Assembly (NCBI GenBank): GCA_900088475.1
Contig: FLMG01001518.1
Coordinates: forward strand, 1 to 43,097
Source: Hyphochytrium catenoides
Lineage: Eukaryota > Protista > Hyphochytriomycota
DNA length: 43,097 nt
Direction: 5' to 3'
Shown: in pieces, positions 24,801 to 35,376 of the stretch
Layout: each line of letters opens with the position of its first letter
Position numbering within the stretch: the first letter of the stretch is position 1
Translations under genes and position numbers: made by a program
The notes under the pieces: generated by a model
Seen by the model: only the letters and a program-made list of their open reading frames with translations
What the model was told of the DNA's origin: nothing
The model's database searches: none

Positions 24801-25133
24801 TCCTTCCCTTCTTCCTCTCATAATTGGAGCCAAAGACTTGCCTTCTTAAACACTTCTGTCGCCTCATCAAGTCTGTGCATATTCTTGTCTAACAGTGTAC
24901 GTCCTCAAGTTAGAAAAAGAGGATCAACACAAGAACTGGAGCTAGTTAATATTACCTGGATGCCACACCAAGGCTAGTTTGCTATGACGGTATCAGTTAG
25001 TGCAAGGTCGTAGAGAGCGACAAGTATTCTTTGATGACGCTTACCGATAGGCTTTCTTTATGTCATCTTCAGAAACGGAACGTTCCAAACCTAGAACTTC
25101 ATAAAAGCATTGCATCATTCCTCCCGCTGGCAT
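21841..25133 (-). CDS. DNAJC21: DnaJ homolog subfamily C member 21 (JJJ1), 60S maturation co-chaperone
   Basis: J-domain across exons: [30 protein letters not shown]|KLALVWHP|DKN...EATEVFKK|[27 protein letters not shown]. Then [47 protein letters not shown], and two C2H2 fingers ([23 protein letters not shown]; [13 protein letters not shown]|[10 protein letters not shown]). Stop TAA at 21841. Confidence 0.93.
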
Positions 25134-25818
25134 CTCTCTTTCAGTGGCCGTTAGAGCAGCCTTGATGGGATAGCACAGAGTCTCTCCGTGGCACTTAAAC
25201 GGTTGCTGCAGTTGCCGCTCTACGGGAAGCTTCCGAATACCGATAAAGCTTGGCTGGGAATAGCTTCAGTCGTACTTGTGAATGACAGTTCCTTCCAAAG
25301 GTCTCGCTTATAGGTTATGGTGCCTGGAAGACTGGCTTCTAGCCGACCTCACTACTTAAGGCTCTCAGCTCATATAAGAAAAAACAATATACTAGGAGGG
25401 TTCTGAGCTTTATGACGCTCGGTCATCCAGCCCTTAGCGAGCCTGGAAAGTTGTCAGCGGTATGATGGAGCTCCAATGATCTCCATCTGCAGATGTCTGG
25501 GCCATGTGATGTTGAGAGTGAAGGTCAACAATGATGGCCAGCGTCCTCAAGCATCAGAATCTGTGCAGATCCGAGATAATCACGATACTACAAGCTTTAT
25601 TACAAAATAGGCACAGCCAGATCCTGATCAACGCCACGCTACACTACACTGCGACAATCTTCGACCACGGTCACTCAGTCAAGGTCCTTGCCTCTCTGGG
25701 CGCTCTGTCTTTGCCTCCTCCTCTCCTCTGTCTTCAGTGAGCTCGGTAAGCTCACCCTTCAGCGCTTTCATTGGTCTCCTTTCTATCTAGTGACTCTCTG
25801 GTCGTCTAGCACTACTAT

Positions 25819-27168
25819 TTAGACAAAGAGCTGGCTCGTAGGCTTGGGTTGCTGATTTCCTAATCGACTCTTCTTGGCCTGCAGTCCTGTCAGCTCGTTT
25901 CCTAGCTCATCTTTCCGTTTCCGGGGTGAATGTAGGTTAATAGCCATTGTCTGTCTCTCGGTGGTTTTCTTTGACTTGGCTACCGCAATGTGGTCACAGC
26001 GCTGCCTCCACAACGCTAAGAATGTGGACCTCCCGACGTACTCCACGTTCTGGGCTTCACAGTTCTCTACATACAGTCTGTGTAGACCTAGAGAAGAGAG
26101 ATTAGTAAGAAAGCCGGGCAAGAGAGTAGCCAAGCACTGCAAATCGCTATCGATGGGCCCTTCAAAGTTCATCCGTACTCCTCTCACTCCTTCTGCTAGC
26201 CTTTCATGATCACTTTTCTTATCTCCCCGACGCCACCCTTCTTCATCCTCTTCTGCTCCTCTTTGGGTCTCTTCCCTTTTCTTTTCGGCTGATCCTGCCG
26301 CAGACTTCATCCCTAAAAGAAAACCAACTGGGATGGAGGGACACTTCCCGTACTAGCTATTCCTCTATCCTGACGATGAGAACCCATAAGGATGTCCATT
26401 CGCTACAGAGATGGCATACTTCCGACCCGCTTACTGCTGGACCTTACCTCTTTGAGTATATGTCGAAGGGATAATCAGCCTCGCTCTTCCTCTGGGGTTC
26501 TGAACCGGTATCCCCTCTCTACTGGCAAAGTTATTGATCCAGTTCACTACGGTTGTCACCTTGGCCTCTGAAAGGCTGTGATATACTTTCTTTCCCTTGT
26601 TGCCGTGAACTCTCGGTGTCATTCCATTTTCCTTATAGTGATGCATCAATGACTTAAGCACCTTGTCGGTTGTGCCGTAAGCGAAGAGAAAGGTTTCTCT
26701 GCAAACGGGAGTACGTTGGAACTGGTACTTCATTGTCCAGTGTTTCCTGTCCTTGCCTCGTTTTGTGGGTGCTCCTTGGGCAGTTAACATAGAAATAAAG
26801 GCTAGTAGCATCAGATCCCGTTCCTCTTTTGTCCTCTCCAGCATTGACAGTCTGGTTGCCATGACGACTTCTCCATTGAGCTTCTTGCAGTTTTTGGTGC
26901 AGCTGTTGTTATGACGCTTTTCAACAAACTCAACCCATTCTGGGTCTACGAATGACTCCTGACTTCTATCAACCTGCTGGTCATTGAAGTGCCTCTTGCT
27001 GCCATCAACGTATGAGAGGTCTGCGGAGCCATCTGGTTGCAATTGGGGATGGGGATGCAAGGACACCTGATGATGAGCTGGATGGACTCCTAGTTGGAGA
27101 TGATGATGTGAGTGGAGCAGCTCATCTGAAGATACTAGATCGCCTTGGTCTGTGGTGAAGCTATCCAT
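25819..27168 (-). CDS. Transposase-derived putative DNA-binding protein (about 329 aa, no catalytic domain)
   Basis: Exons 27168-26448 and 26087-25819 (GTAAGG...CTAG, phase 1; 990 nt). Motifs CTKNC, ERDLMLLAFI, YQFQRTPVCRETFLFAYG, HYKENGMTPRVHGNKGK, VVNWINNFASREG, LIIPS.YT...LHRLY and VGRSTFLALWRQRCDHIAVAK recall the N-terminal half of DUF7869-type (possibly Sola-related) transposases. His/Gln-rich N-terminus; basic C-terminal PRKRK...KKSR. Confidence 0.7.
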
Positions 27169-28212
27169 GCTCTTCTATTTTGGAAAGGACCCAGATTGCT
27201 CCCCACGGTCCACCACAGATGACCTCATTACCCTTCACCAGCAGTTACAGGTGCCACTCCCCTCTGCTCGTCACTCCGACCTCCTCGTGCAGCAATATCG
27301 TTGCAGAATGTAGACAGCCAAGTTATAGGAACAGAATAGAGCTGCTTCGGCCGTGTTTTGGAGCTTTTTCCTTCGGCGGCATCTGCCGCAGACACGTTGG
27401 CAAACTTTTTTTTGAGTTTATGAGCAAGTGAAGCTGCAATAAATAATAGTACGTCTCCGTTGGACCTCGTTATGACTAGGAGACGGAGAAGTAGTAATAG
27501 CGGATGTAGGAAATAGAAAGGGAAATTGCGATCTCGCTTATTAGGGTAACTAGGGTAACCTTGTTTTGCTCTAATTAAATGGGTGGGTACTTTTGATAGT
27601 CATATATTACGAGATTAACAACCCACAATGCTAACCAACTACCTATAAAGATGGGTGGGCCTTGCACATTACACCTGGGCTATTAGAGCGGTTATGAGGT
27701 GGGTGGGGTGACGGTGGTTCTGATGACCTTCAGAATCTCTTCAGCGGTGCCGCGCGGCGCGGCGAAGACCAAGATCATCGCATCTCCTCTTCTCGCCCTA
27801 TGAGTCTCTCTGTGTCTCTCTTTATCTGTCTGCCTCTCTTTGGCGCTCACTTGTGGAGTAGACCTACACTAGCCGCGATCACGAGCCATCTCTGTAGGAG
27901 ATTGCAGATCATCAGCGACGGCAAGAACTGGATGAGCAGTTGATGCTCGCTTCACTTTTACAAGCCGTCAGTAGCCGGACAGCAATGAGCGTGATACATC
28001 CTCTTCGTAGCTCGGTCTTTCATTCTCATCTCATCGGTTAAGACAGATCTTTCTCTCACTCATTCTGTCTACACCATTCTATTACGCATCCGTCAGAAAG
28101 GTCACTATGCAGTGGCATGTGCTCTGATGAGCGATTCTGCCTGCGAAGTAGGCTCATCAACTGGCAGATTTGCTCTTTGGGTACTGGCGTTGCAGAGGCA
28201 TATCCATTAAAG

Positions 28213-30175
28213 ATGTTTTCAGGAGAGAATGAAAGTGAAGCCGTACTGCTAGGCCTTGCCGCCCGATCTATAACTATGGAAGAACAGGCGAGTCAAGACC
28301 CTTATGTTACCAAGTGTGGTGGCCTTCCGGTGAGTGACTGCAGGTCCTGATGCCTTCTGGGTTACTCATTGCCTAGATCTTTCTATGTAGTGCTGGCTCA
28401 AACCTCCTTCAATAGCAACCGACAGTTTACGCTGCCCCTGTGGAGGGCGACTTCACTTCACAGCTCAGGTGGGCGAGAGATAATACCCCCGCTATGCGTG
28501 GCATGTATGCCGAAAACTTTTTCCTTATCCCTTCCGCTTCTTGACTATAGATTTACGCACCTGTTGCGTACCCTCGGGCCCTTTACGTGTTCGGATGTGC
28601 CTATAAGAAGTGCATCAGCACGAAAGGAAGGTAAGAGCGGGCCGTCAGATAGAGAGGCAATGATGGACGAAAGGTCAGCAAGAACCCGAAGAGGCATTTT
28701 CGGGTGAATGAAGTCAAACGGAGTCTTGAGCAAACGCGTGAAAGAGTGTTTAGAAGCGCTATGAAGGAGAGAGAGAACGGGAAGGAAGACGTACGGATAG
28801 TCGATGGACGATAGTAGGGAACGTTGCAGAAGGACAGGAGCCAGTAAATTTTGCATGTGCACCAAGAAGGAGATAACACGCTCTATCGATGGTCAGTTGG
28901 CGGGTTTTCCGGTCACAGTTAGAAAAGGAGGAGGCCACAAAGAAGAGCAAAGAGGAAGCGAATGCCTATGAAAAGCCGACTACGGGAGGAGGAGGAGACT
29001 GGCACATTGTAAGGTAAGCAGCAACTGAGATGAAGCTTAGGCTCTTGCTTCTGAGTAAGTTTCACTCTTTTTGCAGCGGGGAAGCGGACGATGATGGTTG
29101 GGGTGGAGGAGGATGGGACGCTGAGGACGAGGGAGAAGACGGAGAGAAAGCAGAGGAGGAGGAAGGAAATGATGACCTCAAGGAGCTAGAAAGTCTGCTG
29201 AGAGCGACTGAACTGGCAGGGACATCTCCTCCTTCGTCTGCGGCTCCTTTAGTGACCAAGATAGAACAGAATCCGGGCAGCAGTGACGGAGGGGCACCGG
29301 TGCACCGGATAGCTCTCCCGCACGGAGTCTTCCCACCTGTTCTTCTTAGGATTGAGGCTGAACCCTACTATAAAGACATAGTATCCGCTAATCTAAAGCA
29401 TGAAGAGGAGCTTTATCGAAAATATCTTGAGGAGGAGGCGAAAGTGCAGGACCAAGAAGAAAAGGGAGACAAGGTATGGTCATCCTTTCCCTCTCTTTGT
29501 CGATTGCTGTCTTACGAGTGAAAAAATTAGAAGAGCAGGAAGCGAGAGATAGAGGAAGGAGACACGGGCGACAAAGCGGACAGGGGCGCAGGGGGTGGTG
29601 AGGCGTACGAGAGAACTCCAGCAAGAATTCGCTGTCTCTTGGAGTTTCAGCGGCGAGTGGCGGTGGAGCCCCGACAATGTGTGCGCTACGCCTATGGAGG
29701 TCGCCCGCTATGGCCCTGTGTGGATCCTAAGATCAAAGTCCCGCGGTGCAAGTGTGGGCAAGAAAGAGTATTTGAGCTGCAGGTAGCCCTGTCCCTCTTT
29801 CTCTATCTCCTTGCGTCGGTTACTGAGCACTCCCAAGCTCATGACGCCAGGGTGCTTCCTTATGACTATTTATATGTCTTCCTGTCCTATTTTCTAATTT
29901 CTGTGCTAGCTGACGACGGCCTTGACTTGCAGTTGATGCCGTCTATGATCTACCTTCTCAACGTGGACAGCATGCTGCGTGAGGAAAGCATTACAGGAGA
30001 AAAGAGAGAAATGGAGGCCAAGGAAATGGAGACGAACGCAGGTGGAGAGGTAGCAAAACTCCTAAGGACTCCCTCTATGGACTGGTCTGTGGCTGTTATC
30101 TGGGTGTGTCCGGACAGCTGCCGACAGGAGGAAGAGGAATATATTTATGTGCATCCCAGCATTGATGATTTATAG
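28213..30175 (+). CDS. PDCD2L: PDCD2-like / TSR4 family protein (PDCD2_C domain; uS5 chaperone family)
   Basis: Spliced product VLLGL...YVTKCGGLP|CWL...CPCGGRLHFTAQ|IYAPVAYPRALYVFGC...C..KGS|WRVFRSQ, an acidic DDDGWGGGGW linker, then EFQRRVAVEPRQCVRYAYGGRPLWP...PRCKCGQERVFELQ|LMPSMIYLL...MDWSVAVIWVCPDSC...EEYIYV. No MYND finger seen. Confidence 0.88.
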
Positions 30176-30621
30176 TTATTCAATAAAGTGCGATGATGGA
30201 CCCGGAGATAAGAGGTAAACGAGGGTACAAAGAGGGAGGCAATGGATATCAGCTACATTGAGCCAATACAGTTGCCCGGGAGGAATGCACTCAGAAGGGA
30301 GACCAGTCAATCTTCGGGCCTGACTAACACGTAGAAAGCCATATGTATTCAAGGAGAAGGAGAAGTACTTCGCAAGCGATAATGCTCCATTTCGTTCAGA
30401 CCCAGGAAACAGACAACGGGAAAGAGAGCCGCAAGGGAAAAGGAGGAGCCGGGACGGGGTTGTTCAAAGTAGCGCAAGGCAATCGCCAAGGACTAGGTGA
30501 CTTGCGCTGAATGTTAATGAAAGAGCCACGATGAGCCCATAGATAAATATTGCTACTCCTTGTAGGAGAGAGAGAGTGACAACGAGGGATACTAAGACTG
30601 TCCTTCTCTTCTGCCCCCTTC

Positions 30622-32335
30622 CTATCGTCTCTCCTCCAGTTGCTGTCCTGAGGTCCCTCCTCTGTCACTACTCTGCCCAGTGGTCGACGCTCGAGGAGAC
30701 GATGATGACTTCGAATTGACACCAAACGCAAAGTCCGTAAACTTGTTGAGCATGTACATGAAGGCTGGATTCTTCTTAACCCTGAAAGCATTTGGGAGTG
30801 AGGAAGAAGGGAAGCGCGAACGGAGAAGAAAGAGATGAGACGGGAGTGTTAAAGGACGTTTCTTCAAAGTTAACCTAGAGACAGTAATGAGAAGGGGTCA
30901 CAGCCAACATATAAGCCCCTTGCTGGGAAGCTAAATTGCCACTCAGCGAGGTAGAAGTAGGGAGTTAGCAACGATGGCTAACCGTATCAAGCGTGTGCAC
31001 ACTCTCTCGCGAGTCTATCTCTTACCATAGAATGAACTTGGCCGTTTGAGTGGGAGTGAGAATCCTCTGCAACTCGCTTACTTCAGAGTCGAGAGAGACA
31101 TTCTTCTGTCTTGTTACCTCTCTCAGTTGGTCGACGATGGAAAGAGACTCCTGTAGGTCTCCCACTAGCTTCCTAATGTTCATCCTTCTCTCTAACAGCT
31201 GTTGCTGTTGCTCCTCTGTCAACCCTAACTCTTTCGCTAAAATTTTCCAAAGCGATGCAGCGCCCTCCTCCCCTCCTAACTCACTCTCTTCTTGCTGCTC
31301 TTGCACTTGCTCTTCCTCCCCTGCGGCATGCCCATGGACCACAGAGTAGAGGCACATCTTAGTCACCTGAGTCGGGAGGATTAGCTCTTTCATCTTCCGT
31401 AGATGGTATTCTATCTCGACGCCTCTGTCTCGGCCGTAGTCTGAGTACTTGTGCTTGTACATATCAATGAATTTGGCGATTTCTTCTTCTGGTGCGCCGT
31501 TCTGGAGCAACTCGCCCATTTGTTGCTTGATTCGATCTTTCTCCTCTCTCTCTCTCTGCAAAGCCTCTTTTCCCACCTTTAAACGGAGCTTTAAGTTGAG
31601 GTTCTCTGCCTCGAGCCTCTTGAGGCGAGCAGCAGTCTCGTCAAGCTTTTGCAAACGACGCAGACGAGATTCCCTGGCGCTCTCCCTGTTCTGTTGAAGT
31701 CTCCTCTTTCTTTTCTCTTCCTCGGTAAGCTCTCCTCCTCCTCCACCTCTGGGTGTTCGAGCATCTGAGCTAGAAGCTTCCTCGTCGTCTAGTATAAGAG
31801 GAGGCTCAGCGCTGCCGGTCTTCAAGGCCTTAGCCCTTCTCTGAGAGCTAGTAGAAGGAGAAGAGCCAATCGGCACTCTTCTTTTCCCTTTTGTCAGTTC
31901 GTCGAGCGAGAGAGGCGCGACGAGCTGAGGACAGGAAGAGGAAGTTGGTAGCACGGCACCGGTGGGTGCAGGATGGGTTGAAGGAGAGATAGAAGGGCCT
32001 GTTCCAGGGGCAAGCGACGACAGCGACGAACCGTCAATGTAGTCAGAGTTGAATAGAAGCCAGGAGAATATGTCTTCATCGGTATGATCCGTCATAGAAA
32101 GGCCTCCTCCGCCCTGGAAAGCTGTTGGGCTACCCAACGGGCTTAAAAAGCCCGTAGTGGGAGCTTGCGGCGAAGAGATAGAGGGGACGATGGGTGGAGA
32201 TAAAGCAAGAGGAGCCGACGGGACGGTCAGCGGAGGAAGCGCTTCATTTCTGCCCAAAGCTAGCTCTCCGCCTCCAGCTTGTGCGCCTCCAGCCATCGCC
32301 GGGGCTGTAACCCTCTTTCTCTCTTTTGGAGGCAT
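30622..32335 (-). CDS. bZIP transcription factor with C-terminal helical domain
   Basis: Exons 32335-31026 and 30781-30622 (TG|G = Trp across the junction). Basic region EKRKRRLQQNRESARESRLRR plus a leucine zipper (LDET..RLKRLEAENLNLKLRL). C-terminal LWKILAKELGLTEEQ...LQRILTPTQTAKFILWVKKNP. Confidence 0.9.
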
Positions 32336-33060
32336 ATGACAAGGTCAAGTGTGTCCACACAAAGAATGAAAAGAGAAAGAAGGAGGAGGAGCACGGAGTG
32401 CAAACTTGAATCTACGCGAAGGTAGTCCAAGACACGATAGGAAGGGCCGCTTTTCACAGCCCTGACGCACTTGATAGGCACCAATCCGACGCCATAGTCG
32501 GGTCTCCACAGGCGTTTGTTTCAGCTAGAGGACGCTCTAGCGGAAGGTCTCAACTCTGCTTCAATCTCTTGCCCATCGCAAGAACGGAGCGAGCGGCCGC
32601 AGGGACAGCAGACAATGGCAGGCCGAACAAAGGCTGAGACGGTTCGAAGAAACTCGTGGCAGTCGAGGACAGCAGCAGAAGCCTAGAAAGCGAGCAGTCA
32701 AGGCCAAAGCAGCATGAGCGCTAGAGAAAGAGAGCACCTGAGCTCTGTTGACGACGCAGCCACGGCCCGCGCCGCAGCTGGAGGAGCATGAGGACGACAG
32801 ACCATGGTTTGCACGTCCTGACCTTGGCGCTTGTTCTCATAGATTCTCAAACACATTTGACGATTGTCCGCCCCAACTCAAAACTCCCCCAGGAGCGATG
32901 AGTGGAAAAAGGTGTCATACAGTTATACAGTGACCGAATTCCAAATAAGAGCTTACTCTAGTGCATGCATTGCGAATAAATGAAACCTCATCAGTCCATC
33001 ACATCAGAGCGACGATGTACAGACAAGACCTTGAGAGAAAGGGAAAGCAGGAAGGAAGAT

Positions 33061-33173
33061 GGAGAGAGAGAGAAACAGAGACTGAGAGAGAGACAGAGAC
33101 TGAGAGAGAGACAGAGACTGAGAGAGAGACAGAGAAGAGAGAGAGAGACCGAGAAAGAGAGGGAGACAGAGAC

Positions 33174-33203
<30 letters not shown>
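33061..33203. repeat. Compound GA-rich satellite including an 18-nt unit (acagagactgagagagag) x~3.4
   Basis: Seen directly in the divergent bZIP-PPR intergenic region; it generates the spurious ETERETE and SLSVSV ORFs. Confidence 0.9.
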
Positions 33204-33204
<1 letters not shown>

Positions 33205-33530
33205 CCGTGGATGGCAAGAGAAGCTCATCTGCTCATGACTCGTGACTACCTGTACCTTTATCTTGACCTCCCAAGAAATCTGTCATCGCCATTTTCTCTC
33301 TCGCCCTCGCTCACAGACAGCATGCCTCTCTACTACTGACACTGCTGATTGACCCTATCTTCTTCGGGTCCTTCCTCTGAAGACTAGCAGTGGAGCCAGT
33401 GATGGCTTGCCCGTTTGCTGCTGGTCCTATGTCCCGGAGGTCCTCTGTCTCGGAGGAAGTGAGAGCTGAGAACTAGCCGTATATTGTCCCATCGCTCTCT
33501 CTCTTGGAGGAAGTGGAAGGTGTGCTGGCA

Positions 33531-35087
33531 ATGACCCCTCCTACTTACCTATTGCGGACCCTGCAGTCCCGCATCTCCACTAGCAGTGTGTTGGCCGTCT
33601 CCTTGTCGTTAACCGCGTCTCGGGCATTGTCGTCTGTCGACCATGGAACAAGGTGTAGCTTAAAGAGTAGATTCTCCTCGGTATCGCGAAGAAAAGCAGC
33701 AGCAGACTCGATCTACATTGTGCGCACTGAAGAGCCCTTAAAGCGAGTGAGTAGACATGCGGAGGGGGAGGGAGATGAAGGTATCCAGGGCAAACCTTTC
33801 AGTCGAAAGGCCCACTTATCTTTTCTCGCCAGGAAAGAACTGCATGCCGAACTTCTGGACCTGGCTGGAAAAGGAGATTTGCCGGCTATTGAGGCACAAA
33901 TCACTGCTGCTCAGAGGTCTGGCTTCAAACCAGATGCCTATACTTTCAGCATTATCATGCTAAGCTTCACAAAGCTTGGCCGGATGGATTTGGCAGAGCT
34001 TTTGCTGCAGAAGATGGCAAAGATGGGTCATCCTCCTACCGTGGTCACCTATAGCACTCTCATGGACGGATACGCACGGCTCGGAGCAATGGATAGAGCT
34101 GAAGAAGTCCTCCTTCGCATGATCAAGAGTAAGGTTCGGCCTGATGCGGAAGCCTATGCAACCTTGGTTGATGGGTATCTAAAGGCAGGTCGAGAGTGGG
34201 AAGCGCGAGGAGTCATTAGAAGAATGGAAAAAGAAGGTCTTTCGCTTTCTGCAGATGTATTGAATCCTCTCCTCCAGTCATATGTCAGGCGGGGAGATGC
34301 GGAAGCCGCCAAAAAGATGCTCGTAAAGATGACGAAAGCCTCAGTTGTGCCCGACATAGTCTCTCTAAACACTGTCGTCCATGGCTATTGTCAGGCAAGA
34401 GAGCTAGAGAAAGCCTTAGGGGTGGTGGACAGTATGGCATCTCTTGGTCTGACCCCTGACCAATTCTCTTATAATGCTCTCCTGTCACTCATGGCCCAGA
34501 CAGGGCAGGTTGACGATGCGATGCGGCTCTTCAGGAAAATGGCAGATGAGGGCCTCTCGGCTGATCTGGTCACATATAACACACTTATCAAGGCTTTCTG
34601 CCATAAAGGAGACATAGAAAGCGGCCGTGCTCTGTTTCGCATCCTAGAAAGAGGAGGCATCAAGCCAGATGCCTATTCATTTGCCCCAATCATTCTTTGC
34701 CTCCTTCGACAAAAGGACTTTGAAGGAGCCAAAGCAGAGCTGGAGAAAATGAAAGGAAGGGGCTTAAGGCCCAATGTCTTTATTTATTCCTCTTTCTTCC
34801 ATCATTTCTCAGAAGATGGAAGGTATGATGAGGGACGAGAGTTTCATGACAGGATGCTAAAAGAAGGCATACAGCCGAATCAGGTATGCCTAAGGGTCCT
34901 ACTGAAGATGTATTTAAGAGAAAGGAGGTGGGAAAGAATATTCCTCATCTTTGAGGCCATTTTGAAGTCAGGAGGAGACTGTAGAAAGGAAAGAGAGCTT
35001 CTTCTCTTGCACTACCACCGTCTCTCTCCTCAGGTACGGGAGGTGGATGCCCTCATTGGCTGCTATAGAGGCGGCAAACGGGCGTAG
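33531..35087 (+). CDS. P-type pentatricopeptide repeat (PPR) protein, probably organelle-targeted
   Basis: Uninterrupted ORF from ATG 33531. About 10 tandem 35-aa repeats (PTVVTYSTLMDGYARLGAMDRAEEVLLRM; ADLVTYNTLIKAFCHKGDIESG; PNVFIYSSF). Ser/Arg-rich, acid-poor N-terminus. Confidence 0.93.
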   Translation: MTPPTYLLRTLQSRISTSSVLAVSLSLTASRALSSVDHGTRCSLKSRFSSVSRRKAAADSIYIVRTEEPLKRVSRHAEGEGDEGIQGKPFSRKAHLSFLARKELHAELLDLAGKGDLPAIEAQITAAQRSGFKPDAYTFSIIMLSFTKLGRMDLAELLLQKMAKMGHPPTVVTYSTLMDGYARLGAMDRAEEVLLRMIKSKVRPDAEAYATLVDGYLKAGREWEARGVIRRMEKEGLSLSADVLNPLLQSYVRRGDAEAAKKMLVKMTKASVVPDIVSLNTVVHGYCQARELEKALGVVDSMASLGLTPDQFSYNALLSLMAQTGQVDDAMRLFRKMADEGLSADLVTYNTLIKAFCHKGDIESGRALFRILERGGIKPDAYSFAPIILCLLRQKDFEGAKAELEKMKGRGLRPNVFIYSSFFHHFSEDGRYDEGREFHDRMLKEGIQPNQVCLRVLLKMYLRERRWERIFLIFEAILKSGGDCRKERELLLLHYHRLSPQVREVDALIGCYRGGKRA

Positions 35088-35376
35088 GGCAAAGTGTGCA
35101 GGAAGCTAAGCCTCTCGAATAAGTGCAAGATCGCGCGCTACCTAGCTAACTTCATGAATCTCCCTTTCTTTTTACTTCCCGTTGTTCAGTCTTTCTGTGG
35201 CCCCTACTGTCAACTACTGAGAAAGATTTGGGGCCAGGTAGAAGTGATGCTCTAACTTCCCAGAATAGATGTGCTGAGAGAAGGGGTCAAAGCGACATAA
35301 GCACAGCTAGGAATTAAGAGAGAGAACCTCTGAGAGGAGCTGTCAAGAGAGTGGAGTCTTCCTTCCTTCACCTTTA

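Noticed and set aside
32961-33339. ETERETE, RERQRL and SLSVSV repeat ORFs
   Set aside because: Translation artefacts of the GA-rich satellite.
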